NCBI RefSeq assembly: GCF_001186125.1
Contig: NW_014040035.1
Span: 5,456-54,732, forward strand
Origin: Sphaeroforma arctica JP610
Taxonomy: Eukaryota
Direction of reading: 5' to 3'
DNA: 49,277 nt
Part shown: piece by piece, positions 1 to 18,500 of the stretch
Layout of the letters: each line of letters opens with the position of its first letter
Numbering within the stretch: position 1 is the first letter of the stretch
Position numbers and translations under genes: made by a program
The notes under the pieces: generated by a model
What the model saw: the letters and a program-made list of their open reading frames with translations, nothing else
Told to the model about the DNA's origin: nothing
Databases searched by the model: none

Positions 1-613
1 GTATAAATATGTATATATAATAGCCTTGTGTATGTAACTAAAATTGAACTTCTATATAAAATCTTTAAATATATAAATACACATCTATTTCGGATTACAC
101 ATAAGTCATGTGAAATTGCAGTCATTAGAATAATTTGTCCTGTCAATCGCGCGCCCAAAATAGTGATGACACCTCAGAATTCCAAATTCCTTCGATATGT
201 AAATATTGTTATGTATTGCATACACGTATAAACGGCAAACTAGTATACGTTTGCGTTAAAAGTTCATGTCGGTGATGTCTGCATAGTGGTTGGAATATGT
301 GTGTTTACGTTCAGCATATACTTTTTTGTTTTTTATTGTAAGAAATAATGCGCACTCTTCTCACTTATGTAAATATGACGTTTTGTATAGCTATGCATAC
401 GACTATGCGTACCTGTGTCTGTGTGTATCATTAAACCCTACTAAACCATACCACCACACATACGAGGAAGCATACTTGAGTATATATGTGTATAGGAAAC
501 AGCTGGAATATACATACATACTCTTGTGCCGGACTTAGATCAATCATATATTGACACACAGATACTACTGTCATCTCTCCTGTGTTCTTGTTATAACATC
601 CCTATCTGACACT

Positions 614-3269
614 ATGTCGCTGTTCGGTTATCTACGCACACGCCCGGCAATGGGTGTTCTAATGCGACCAAGTGTGGTCAGAGGCATGTGTATGCGAACT
701 TATACAACAAGCGAGCCGTCCGAGGCAACCCCCGCACCAACAGCCAGCTCAGACAAGGTAAGGGGGAAGATGGATGTCTATGATTAGCTATTTAATCAAC
801 TTATAATAGCAATAATAGTAACGTATGGTCAGGATTACTAGCACAAACGACTTCAGTACTGCTGTGTATGTGGTGTGTATGGGCATTTAACGGATTGAAA
901 TGAAAGGCGTGTGAGCCATCAGAAGCAACACCCACACGAGCAACCAAATCTGACAAGGTAGGGGAGAGATAGAGATATATGTAGAAGAACGGTAACTATA
1001 TCAACGTACATCAGCTTCAATACAATACCAATTAACATTAGCAACGCCCTCAGCGTGCGGCAGCAATCCCAACAACATTCATTATCCTAACATTAACACA
1101 CACCAATAGTGATGTCAACTATGCTTGCTTTGGGGATGAAGCAGCTCAGCACTAGCGCATGTAGTGTGTGGGTGGGTTTAGGGGTCTCGTTTTATTCATG
1201 TGTCGTAGCAGCAGCTGTACTTACTTCAAGTTCTATGATTGTATCTCTACCTTGGCTTATGATTGATTCTTTTCAAATGGCGTTTCTGCGTATACCAATG
1301 TGACTCGGTATATACACATGACTTGGTCGCGTACATGTACCTACGCAAGGACCTTCCGCATATGTATATATATATATATATTAATGTATGTGTAATACAT
1401 ACAAACAGTTTCATGAAGTCGTGTATACATGCACATCCCCACATTTAGTAGTGCGTTCGGGTGTGTTACCCTACTAGTATTGGTATTGGTAACCGAACCC
1501 ACCAGAACCAAAAACAAAGCTCACACCCACTCCTTTGAACTACAGCACTACATGGCAATCAGTGTTTCACCATACTGGCTTCACATAGGCTTGGCTCTTT
1601 CCTTGTTTAGATCTCCAACCACTCTCTTCATCTCTCGTTCAATTTCAAATACGTTATGTGTTACGTGTCTATCTAAACATCTCTTGCTTCTCTCTACTTC
1701 CCAGGTGTGTGCGCGTCTTACCCTTTCACCATACCCCTGTATCTCTCCGATATCTATTTTACTGAGAAACCTCAAACCCACGACAGTTATTCAATCGCTG
1801 CGAATGTATTTGTGCCGGTCTTGTTCGCCTGATCCTTCTCTTCTCTTCTCATCCCTAACCATCTCTCCCGTGTACCTCCATCGTTCAGATAACTGTAGAC
1901 CTAAACTTAAACTGTTTCCTGTTTCCGTTATGTTGCAGATGTGTGTACATTAAACCCTTTTTTCTGGTTCTTGTTCCGCTCTTCCCACTCTCGTCTATCG
2001 TTCAGTCATGTGTATCTCTATAAGAATGTTCTCACTCTCCGCATGTGTGTATAGCTAGACTCTTCTCATTCCCAGCCATCCACTTGTGCGCACATCTGAA
2101 TGTATGTTCGCAGACTCACGACTGTTACTATATTGCTACTTACTAGTTTGTCTGGGTTATCTCCGTAAGCTTGAGCCCCTCGTTGTCATATCTCAAATCA
2201 CAATTGAGTGGGGGCGCATATAGTAAACCTTTTGTTCATGTGCACATACACATACAACAGATATACATACATACATTCACACACAAAAAAAAGATTATTC
2301 TGGAGAATGAGAGAATTGAACTCCCGACTTCGTGCATGCTAAGCACGCACTCTACCAACTGAGTTAATTCCCAGACGCTTAAGATGTTTCCTGTCTCCAT
2401 ATTTAAACCTCTCTCATCCGTATCTATTGTTTAGGTCTGCGTATATCTGAATGAGAAACCTCAAATACACGAGAGTTGCTTCATCGCTGATAATGCGACT
2501 GTGCTGGGGCGAGTGCGTATGGGCCAGAACAGCAGTGTCTTCTACAACTGCACATTACGAGCGGATATCAATCACATCACTATAGGTAGGCTACCCTGTA
2601 CCTATATGTATAACAGTATGCAAATGTATAGTTATATGAAAACAAACTAAGTTTAGGTATTACATGCTGGGTTGACTATCTCCAGTAAGGGTCCGTCTCG
2701 TATAGACCTGAGATGCAGAGATAACAAGCTCAAGTCAGTTGGAGAAGAATTAAGTGTATATACATTTATGCAGTTATATCTGATGAACTAGAATAGATGT
2801 GAGCTGTACTTTCTACAGCTGTACGTTGCGGCAGAAGATATATATCACACCGGTACAGGGAAAAGTTCAGTCAGAGCTTCGAAGTTCATGTGTAAGTTTG
2901 CCTGGATGGGTTTGTGAAGTGCACAGATGCGATATAGAGATGATGGATTGTCTGAATTTGTGTGTGTAGTCACACGGGTGTATACTTGTAGCTGTCATCC
3001 ACGTTTAGAACCTTATCAACCTTATCTGACCTTGTTTCATATCCCGTGTTGTGAATACGATGCCGTATGTATCGACAGGGTCTCTATCTGATCTGAGTTC
3101 CCTCATCATTTGTAGATAACATGTGTATGTATATTTAGGACTCTGTTCAATCATTTTTCCCAACCTTCGTATGTAGCGAGTCCAAAGTATATATATATAT
3201 GCTATATAAATATAATTAGAACCCACTCCACTTTCTTCTCTACAATTCCGTGTAGGTATTGAGTTCATA

Positions 3270-3303
<34 letters not shown>

Positions 3304-3420
3304 ATATATATATATTTATTTATTTATTTATTTATATTTATATTTATATATATTTATATAAATATATATATTTATATATCTATAGTATATATAACATATA
3401 TGTATATATATATATATATA

Positions 3421-3468
<48 letters not shown>

Positions 3469-4570
3469 GTGTGTGTGTGTGTGTGTGTGTGTATTATATT
3501 CGGTATTCAAATTGTCTGTCCTCAAATCACGTTCAGGTAACGAGAGCAATATTCAGGACAACACGGTCATCCACGTGTCTTCCACGAGTGGCGTAACCAT
3601 TGGCAACGGCGTGACCGTAGGCCATAGCGCCCTCATCCACGCCTGTACAGTCGGTATGTGATATTAAAACGTTAGCTGTCGTGTCTGTTGGACATATGTA
3701 GTACGTAGTATAGTTTCACACACTTCTGAGTGCTTGTCCGTGGGAGGCGCAGTCCGTATGTGTATGTGACCAACCAAGCTACTGTTAACTGGGCGTACGT
3801 AGTGGTTTCACGCACGTCTGCGTGTTTTAGTGTGGTTGTAAGCTCTGGTGCAATCGTCTGCGTATGTAAAGGGCCTGTGTGTGTGCATCTGTGTGTGTAT
3901 GGGTCTTCGCGCACTGCTTTATACAACTTCTGCTGTCAGACTATAAACGCTGAGAGGTGTGGGTATATCGCGTGCCTGTACGCTTTTGAGCTTCGTTGGC
4001 GTGTACGTGCAATCGTCAATTCCCTTGACAACCGGCTACAATGTGACATGGTATAACACGCACAAACCTATCTTGTCCGGTTGGCAAACAACCGCACCTG
4101 GATTGAATTGCATGGCATGGTGGTATGTTGCAGAGTCTGGCATGGTGGTATGTTGCAGAGTCTGGCATGGTTTATATAGCACACACGTTCTTATCTTTTC
4201 CGTTTAGAAAATATTTTCATCTAAATTGAATTGCATGACATGGTGGTTATATTGGAGAATCTGGCTTTGTTATATAACACACACATACCTACCTTATCTG
4301 TTTAGAAAATAATTGCATCTAAATTGATTCAAATTGGATCGGCCTTTTATTGCAGAGGACAATGTGCTGGTTGGGATGGGATCAATTATCATGGATGGTG
4401 CAACTATCGGACGAGACAGCATTGTTGCTGCGGGTGCGCTGGTGCCCATGGATGTCACGTATCCCGAGAGGTATGATCTTATTGACGGCTTGCTTCCTTG
4501 GGCCAACATACTTACAAACTTACTCGCCTGCATGCATACCTACATGCATACCTACATGCATACTTATGTC

Positions 4571-4609
<39 letters not shown>

Positions 4610-6174
4610 ATTTATGTATATATATATATATATGTGTGTGTATATATATATGTGTGTGTGTGTGTATATATTTATTTATATATATATAGTGGTTATGTTG
4701 GTCATTTGATTGCGTACGGGTGCACGTTTGATAGGTTTTGTCAGCTACCCTGAGAACTGCGGCCATACTATAAACCTGTGAACTTTTCTGCTCTATTGAG
4801 TGTGGTTTAGCAGGGGGAGAAGGGGGGGGGTTGTTAGGGTCTAAATGTGGGTGTGAGCTGTCCAGTCGCCAGTGTGTTTCTTGGCGCCAACAATCGTCAG
4901 TTGTTGAGAGGTATGGGCATGTCTTGTATATGTGCGCTTGTGTTCTTCTTGCTTGTGAGGTGTATACCAGAGCTTCTTGGTGTTTAGTGTGGGCATATAT
5001 CGATAGTCACTTAGTCTTGTGTTAGTGTGTTCGTTCATCTTGTGTCTGTGCACATATGTTCTTCTTGCTGGTGGGGTGTATACCAGGGCTTCTTGGTGTT
5101 TCGTGTGGGCGTGTATCAATAGTCACTGAGTCTTGTGTTAGTGTGTTCGTTCGTCTTGTGTCTGTGCGCTTGTGTTCTTCTTGCTGGTGGGGCGTATGCC
5201 AGGGCTTCTTGGTGTTTAGTATAGCTGTGTATCAATTGTCTCTCAGTCTTGTGTGGGTGTGTTCGTTCGTCTTGTGTCTGCGTGCTTGTGTGCTTCTTCA
5301 ATGTGTACCGCAAACCTCAGTCACCCCGCGGGGTGTGGTCATCTCGCGTATCTGCACGCTTGTGGGTTTCGTTGATGTGTGGTAGGGTGCCTGGGTGGGA
5401 GGTTAATATACTGCGTATGGGATTCGATGGCAGTCTGTAGCTTGCGCCGGCTGTGGGTGCGCACATATTGTGTCTGTCACGTTCTGTTCCTTAGTGTTCG
5501 CCTGTGTCGTTGAGTCTCTGTGTGCGCATGTTCGGACGTACAAGTGTAGCTATGGCGCGTGCTTATGTGCATATCGGTCGGTAATTCGTAAGAGGTGACC
5601 ATACCACGTGTCTGTACGCGCTTGTGTCTATGTAATGTGTTTGTGTGAATCTTTGTGTGCATGCTGTTTCATTGGGTACTTAAGGGTAGATCAGTCAATT
5701 TTGGGTTCTGGGTGTAGCTGTCCGTGCCTGCGAGTATGAGTGTGTTTCGCTTGTACTTTTCTTATTCGAGTGTTCGCCATGTATCTGGCTCAAGCCCTGG
5801 TCCCGTACTGGCGCCATCCTACGCTTGGGCTCGATTGTGCTAACATTCAGCCACGTATGATCGATCTATCTATAGATCTATATTCCTTATATTTATATTA
5901 GTCTGTATTGGTTTCGTCGATGTATCTGGCTTCCAGCCACGAACCTGTGCTTGCTTCGCAATACGGTTGATCTCGGTGGTTCTATCATTTGTCAGATCTA
6001 TTTTTAGGCCACTGTTCTAATGTCTATGTCTGGTCTATTTATAGATCACTGATTATTGGCCGCCCGGCCAAGGTGGATCGCCAATTAGAGGAGGAAGAGG
6101 TCGAGAATCTCCGCGCGCAGTCGGCAAAGTATATCAAGGTTATGACCGAGCACAAGAACTTCAACAAGATGTGA
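614..6174 (+). CDS. Gamma-class carbonic anhydrase family protein (hexapeptide left-handed beta-helix), 218 aa, probable mitochondrial presequence; exons 614-757, 2435-2585, 3537-3653, 4356-4470, 6045-6174
   Basis: Manual splicing gives GT-AG introns with consistent phases and 657 nt in total. Motifs: [100 protein letters not shown]. Three Zn-ligand His are present. The N-terminus is Arg-rich and lacks acidic residues for about 33 aa. Confidence 0.92.
2285..2292 (-). terminator. Pol III oligo-T terminator of tRNA-Ala
   Basis: A8 on the plus strand equals T8 on the tRNA strand, 8 nt after the tRNA 3' end. Confidence 0.7.
2301..2373 (-). tRNA. tRNA-Ala (anticodon AGC), intronic and antisense to the gamma-CA gene
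   Basis: Reverse complement folds into a cloverleaf: D stem ACTC/GAGT, anticodon arm CGTGC-TTAGCAT-GCACG, T arm GGGAG-TTCAATT-CTCTC, G3:U70 Ala identity pair, discriminator A. A T-run Pol III terminator follows. Position 1 is T instead of G (U1:C72 mismatch). Confidence 0.9.
3268..3495. repeat. (TA)n/(TG)n compound microsatellite
   Basis: Visible dinucleotide runs in gamma-CA intron 2. Confidence 0.95.
4930..5300. repeat. Intronic tandem repeat, about 115 bp unit, about 3 copies
   Basis: Recurrent gtgcgcttgtgttcttcttgct...ccagggcttcttggtgttt...agtcttgtgttagtgtgttcgttcgtcttgtgtctg. Confidence 0.8.
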
Positions 6175-6570
6175 AAGTGCAGTACATCCGAGGATAGTCA
6201 ATATTAAACGTTTTTGTTTTATTCAAGGTCGTGGCCGTGCGCTACAAATCAGTTAAATCCGTTGCTGTGATGGAACAGTTTTATATTGTACGGTGGCAAG
6301 GTGTTCTATTCATCAACTTACACCCATATCGTGGTTTGACGATTAGTGTGCATCAATCCCTTGTAAAGACCCTCGACAAGCTATTGAAGACTATCCCGAT
6401 GTTACACCTTATTGTTGAATTTACAAGGGCACGGAGATAATTGAACCTGCTCCGTTAACAAACAGACCAATATATGAAAGGTATGGCGCAAGGGAATGCA
6501 TTTACTGAAATTGAAACCTCTACTCCGCAAGACGCACAAACATGCAGACATACACAATTCAGTCCACACT

Positions 6571-7040
6571 CTGCCTGTTAGTAGGCCGTCAGGACGTACT
6601 GTCTATGCCTTAGCGTTAGGTGTGTACACCTCCTTGTATTTATGCGATTGCGCCGCGCAGATAGTACCGAACTTCTCACCACTCTACCGCGTGTGACCAT
6701 CCAGAGCAACAATTAAATATCAGACGCATACACACGTGCGCAATCCAGAACCCGTCCCGCCTGTTATTGGGTCGTCAGGTCTTACTGTCTATGCCTTAGA
6801 ATCAGGTGCTCACACTTCCTTTATATGCGATTGCGCCCCGAAGATTGTACCGAACTTCTCACCGCTCTACCACGTGGGACCATTCAGAGCAACAACAAAA
6901 AATCCCGCCTGTTATTGGGTCGTCAGGTCTTACTATGAATGTCTTAGTGCCAGGTGTGTAAACCATGTATTTATGCTATTGTGCCGCGTTAATAGTACCG
7001 AACTTCCTACCACTCTACTATGTGGGACTTTCCAGAGCAG
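6571..7040. repeat. Degenerate tandem repeat (about 140 bp core, 3 copies) between the convergent genes
   Basis: Three copies of ...ctgtta(g/t)t(a/g)gg(c/t)cgtcagg...tagtaccgaacttc...actctac...ccagagca starting near 6571, 6756 and 6903. Confidence 0.8.
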
Positions 7041-7451
7041 GCGTCGTTCTCGCCGAGAATAGAAGGTTATCTACATAGCTCAACTCAGCTCAGCGGACTG
7101 AGCACATACTACACAACTTCTTCAGACGTATCTCACACACGATAAAACGACACTGCTGAAATACACCGAAAGATGCTGAGGTTGCGTTCTTTATTCCTAT
7201 GCTCGCACTGGCATGGTACTGAAATTATCGTTATCTGAGGCCTGGCCCCCTTGACTTTGAGTCGGCCCTCGGGTCCATCACTTGACTGACTTCAGATGTA
7301 TCACAGACAAGAAATGATACAATAAAGACACTCACGTCACGTTCTTTATTCCTATGCTCGCACTGGCATGGTACTAGAACTATCAGTTGTCTGAGGCCTG
7401 ACTCCCATGTCTTTCGAGTCAGCATTCAGGTTGATTTCTGCGTCAAACCGC

Positions 7452-12766
<5,315 letters not shown>

Positions 12767-14814
12767 TATGTCTGAGTTTGAAATATCTATAAATCTGGTT
12801 AAGAGTCGTTTTATTCTGATGCTTACTCACCAGTGTCTTAAAAGTAGTTATGCTGTTCAATAATCATTTGATTCGTTCATATATAGAGATGCCAAGAATA
12901 CCTCGGACATACATACAGAAGACAGTACAGTGCATATTTGAAAAATCAATGTCTATGTACTTACGTTGCCCATGTAAATATATGTTTAAATAGATCAGAG
13001 ATGCAATCAACGTGCATAGCCCAATGAAATGTCGGGGAATATAACTTTCTACACTACCTAAGGAGTCACATGCTCTCACAACTTAGACATGTATCTTCAT
13101 TACGTTACCGTAAACGTCTATTAGTCGATGCCTTTTATGGTAACTCTTAGCGTTGACTGATTCGGCCCTATATGGTTGACACGGGTGTAGTATCTGGTGT
13201 CTGAGGTGCAATATATAAGATCTATATACGAAAATAGTCCTACTAGTGCTTTAAAAGGTAGGACTTACGTTAAAAACGGGATTATACGAAAATTCGGATT
13301 TTGAGATAACCTTAGACCCTAAAACATCAGGTCATGATATACATATGAAGAAAAAAAATTTAAACGTCAACATGTACTTTTTAGGGGGCTTGTAAACGGT
13401 TTAACATTTATATGACTTGGAAATCTGTACCTTATCAATGACCTAAAGTTGCTATTGCATATAAACGTTAAACGTGAACAAGTTATCTTTGGAACTATAA
13501 ACGATTTAACGGCGGCCAAATCAGAAACCAAAACCCGATAAGCAACACTTTTTGAGTTGTGAACCAAATCAACCCCCCAGAGTTCCCCAGCCTCATGACA
13601 GTTCCAGACTACCAAATATTTTTATAAACTATTTACCAGTGCTTCATGATGAGTTTTTGTTATTTATAAAAAAATACGTTGTATTTACGTATGAATGACT
13701 CTATGACCTTCCTGACATTGAGGCAGCCAGTTCTGGTTTATCGATATCAAGGAAGCTCGCTCTCAGGCTTGTTGAGTCTGCTCTCTGCAGTTATCTAAAT
13801 ACCAGGACAGTGGACACCAAGGGGTAGGGGCTCATTATTACAGATATTCATATGGATACGAACCATCAGTATGGGTGTGTAGTCTGTGGTCTGGTGGCCA
13901 ATTTTGATCGTCTCTGCGACAAAGGAGCGGATTGCTGCACAGCGGAGTGCCAGGTGTGTACATAGGTTCCCACATAGGCTTTTGAATCAAATTTAATCGT
14001 CAAAATTATGTGCTGAGCGCAAGGATGCCGTGTGCTGCTGAGTTTTGAGTTAGGCAGATGCAGATGCCACACACAACACACAATGCCTCACCACATGTAT
14101 TCCTGCGATATATGCTACCTATGCTTCGTTATGTATCTGCGAACAGATCCCTGCATACATTCTGACCGTGTACACAGTGATAGCTGTAAAAAGATGTGAA
14201 GCTCGTTTGGTCATTTTGAAGGTATTATTGACACCCGGTTCGCTATCTCACAAGAGGTGCCCTCAGTATAAGAATAGCTTTTAGCACATTCAATATGTGT
14301 CGTCAGCAGTGATAGCAATACGCCTACTCCACAACTACTAAGATATATGTGTACATGCATACATATATGTATTATATGTTATATGAGTATGCTGTGTATG
14401 TGTATGTATGTAGATGTGTATATATGTATTATGCGTATGGTTAGATTGAATGTAACAAACAGAACTGCACACACATGTACTAATAAAAGCCGAATGGTTT
14501 GCGAACATGCATACACACGTGGAATTACCACCTCACGCCTTTCAGTGTCCTTACTTTTATATCCCTGTGCGCACGGATGAAGACGCGGTCACAAAGAGCT
14601 ATAAATATAAAATCCCATAAGTGAGCATATTTTTATGATGGGGAAGGCTTTAGCAAGATTTCAGTATGCTTGTAAACAGTAGCTGCGCATCATAACGGTA
14701 CTTTATCATTGTATGTTTTGTCCGCTTTACGTATGTATTCTCGCTTTAGTACGGCCGATTTGTATACTATTAAAACCCCTCGAACATCCCAGCATACGAA
14801 AGCGTATAAATACG

Positions 14815-15725
14815 TATTTATTTATATATGCATATATTTCTGTATATATGTGCGTGTGTATGCATGCATGTATTTATGAGTATTAATTATATTATATATA
14901 TATATATATATGTATAGATATATACTTATGTGTATATGTATCTGCATCTGTGTCTGTGTGTTTGTGTGTATGTGTGTGTATGCATATATGTATGTATATC
15001 TCTATATGTATATATACCTATATATATATATGTGTGAGTGTGTGTGTGAGTGTGTATGTATGTATGTACGTGAGTGTGTGCTATTTACAAATAAATATGT
15101 ATATATATATATTTATTAATAACTTCATATCTGTGTCTGTGTGTGCGTTATATATATGTGTGTGTTTGTATATGTGTACGCACATATACGTATGTATATC
15201 TCTATATGTAATTTCACACATATATATATATATATATATATTCATATCTGCATCTGTGTCTGTGTGTGCGTTATATATATGTGTGTGTTTGTATATGTGT
15301 ACGTACATATACGTATGTATATCTCTATATGTCATTTCACATATATATATATATATGTGTGTGTGTGTGTATTTATGTATGTATGAATATATGTGTTATC
15401 TTCATATACATATATATATATATCTGCGTCTGTGTCTGTGTCTGTGTGTGCGTTATGTATATCTCTATATGCAATCTTACCTATATATATATATGTGTGT
15501 GTGTTTCTGTATGTATATGTGTAGGTATGCATATATATATGTATGTATGTGTATGCGTATATGTATGTATATATGTGTATATGTTTGCATATATATATAT
15601 ATCGTATGTGTATATGTATATATATATATGTATATATCGCTATAGTATTGATATACATATACATTTGAATTTATATTTGCTTTTATATACATATATATAT
15701 ATAAATATATTTATATATATATACT
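14815..15725. repeat. Long TA/TG low-complexity tract with an internal duplication of about 120 bp
   Basis: Visible. 15124-15240 is repeated at 15241-15355. Confidence 0.9.
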
Positions 15726-15749
15726 TTATTCGCCGTATTAAAGACACAT

Positions 15750-18500
15750 GGCGATCCATTACAGTGAGATATTGACTTATCCGTTCATAGTCAAGAATTG
15801 TACGACGAGATTTACGGGAATAGATTTTCAGGATGGTCATTTTGTCAAAACTTCGTGAGATTCGCGCCATGTGTCATTGACAAATGCTAGGCGGAGTTAT
15901 TCAACTACCAGGCTATATGGGCAAACATCGCATGGAGGCTCACGGGAGTGCATTGTGTCGCTGGCTGAGATAGAACGTGTTGTATAGCGAGGGGGCGTGC
16001 GAATAGTACCGTGCAAAGGCCCACGCCGCGTACTTGAGGCGATGTTTTTATAAAGAAAGCTTGTATGAGAACCCACTCACGATGCATGAGGTGCAGTTTA
16101 CAGTTGCCATTGTGGGTCACTATGAATGAGACCGCCAGATCGTATACCTATTTGTATGTTTAGAGTGTAATTGACGTTGCGATGATGTCCAACAAACCCG
16201 GCTAGAGAAACATACAAACGAATTTTGTGGAGCAGGCTAGTTTGTATGTTCCAAGATTTTCTGCGAGTCGGCCCAGCAAAATCCATCTGAAGGACAAATA
16301 AAACAGGCAAAATTTGTGTAGTAAAGTACGACAAAAAAATTGATGACATGATGGTCGAAAGCAGTTGTGATGAGAGTGTTGCCGTACATATGTCGAACAA
16401 AGATGGTGCGGAAAATGGGATGTGGCGTCCATCGCAAGGCGATGGTGGCGAGTGCAGTTAAGTGTATCACAATTTTTAAACGGTACTGAGGAACGATTCC
16501 TAATCCCATTTGCTAGCATTTTTGGCACTGATGAGAGCTTTGTTACAACGAAAGAATTATAAAATCACCACTTCATATCGGGTCACGGTAAGTGGTATAT
16601 GCCCTGCAGTGTGGAAGACCGAAAGAATTCAGTTTGTGTGATATAGTATGCTTGCAAGAGACATCGTTTTCTAGTCCACAGTGATGCGATGTTTCGCTGG
16701 ATGCTTTGCAATGTAGTGTATGTTGAGGGGGAGATGGGACGAACACGGTGCAGAGGCCCACGCTGCACAATTGGGACAATGCTTTTTTTTTTTTCGGAAT
16801 GAGAGTTTTATTGTGCATTGACGACGAATGTGGCGCCGATTCTCGAACCTGTGAGAGCATGTTGGAACAGACACCTGAGGCATTTTTGTATGTTCGTTGT
16901 GTCTTGCAAGTATGCCCAGCCAATATCGTTTGAATGAGCACTCAAGATTACTTGTTGGGGAAACATTCATATGTTAACGGTTGTTCCATGATTGTGGCCA
17001 CCGTCAGGTCGCTGAAAAGACACAGAACGCAGTCATTTGATGATATTTTGTTCTGGGGTTATGCGCATAAATGAGCTGAATTTTTACCGTTGGGAATGTA
17101 ATGCACGATTAAATAGTTCTCAGCTAAAGAAGCTGCCGCAAATAGAAATAGGATACATCGACGCAGGGCTTGTTCAGGTATCTAATGGGGACTGCGGGGA
17201 AGAGTGGTCCGAATAAGAACAAATAGATGCAACAAACTCATAAACGCCGCTGATGGAGTGTATATGTTCCTGTTGTCTGGATACTGCAGGCGGTTCGATA
17301 CTCGCGAGTAGCAAAGCCAGTCCTCGGGTAGAGGACGGCACAGCAGAGAAACCATATTTCAGCACAAGCGAGTATCACGCGGAGAGATTATCATATAGGG
17401 GGCGATTATAAGATATTCTTCTTAGAGTATCCCGAATATGGTGGGCTACTTTGCGAGATCGACTATTAATGTATTGTCAAACGACAACACGTACACATAC
17501 ATATACTCTCTGGGATGACCACATACACATACTATTTCTCTGGGATTGTGTGTCGCCAGATGGGGTGCTATGTGGTATATGACGAGGGGGGGTAGGAGAA
17601 TGCAGTGTATCGATGCGATGGTACTGTCAAATAAGCAACGTGTTTTTGTGCATCGGCAATGAATGCGTTGAGGAAGCCCGAAGACTTGAGAGAGTATTCT
17701 GGAACAGATTTATTGGGGTGTTTCATGTTCGAAGCATCCAGCGAATATGCACATATTATGCTAACAAAGGATATATGATAAAACGTTGTTTGCGTGATTG
17801 GAGTAATCACTTTGTTGGAAAAGATTATACTTGCAGAATGAATTTTGGTGAGAAGTCGGATTGTCTGAAAACAGAAAACTGCACTACTCCCAAGTTTACC
17901 AATCAGAAACTATTGTGTAGTCTGTTCAGATTCAATTGCACCAAGTGAGCCGCAACTGCACTGTTTTGTCTATCTGTTAAAGATATCCCCAGATATCAGG
18001 CTTTCCAGTGGGGTTATGCAACTTCTTGCTCTATGTCCTTAAAAGTGAACCCGTAGTAAATAAAATACCGGTTGACTGGAGAAAAAAACATCTACCGGGT
18101 CATATAGACCATGATTGAGCATATCACTGTACGCTACTTAAAATGCATCCGTTGAGAAAAATAAGTCGTTTTACCCATTGTATCACACCCGTGATTATCA
18201 AATATGGCAGTCACGGCACTGAATGATACAACAACAACAACAACTTGCATTGGCACACTAATGTGTGAGCTCGATAAATATACCCAAACGTGTTTCATTT
18301 GATCAATGATACCGTAGAAGAGCTGCTGTGAAATAGCAGTTGGCACAATGATATCTAACTCGGACGTGCCATAGCACAAAATATCGAATACTAAAGAAAG
18401 TGACACAGTATTGTCGCGTGTGCGCCAATTTATCCATTGGTAATCTGAGTCAAAAGTAGATTCATAAATTTGTTGTGTCGGTTGGCAATTAAATTGCAAG
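15750..18500 (-). mobile_element. Highly degenerate Mutator-like (MULE) transposase relic (tentative)
   Basis: Minus-strand fragments in MULE order across broken frames: CDTMGKTT (D1-like, about 18180), LTDRQNSAVAA (D2-like, about 17975), SPTSNLECSFKRYWL (E-like, about 16945), CPNCAAWASAPCSSH (SWIM-like, about 16750). No TIRs identified. Confidence 0.35.

Noticed and set aside
7184..7410. Direct repeat of about 65 bp (7184-7250 / 7339-7408) as a regulatory element
   Set aside because: Simple local duplication downstream of the TAT stop, with no further support.
14910..15775. Many overlapping YIYI/CVCV ORFs (also 3286-3549, 4498-4766, 42896-43685)
   Set aside because: Translations of microsatellites.
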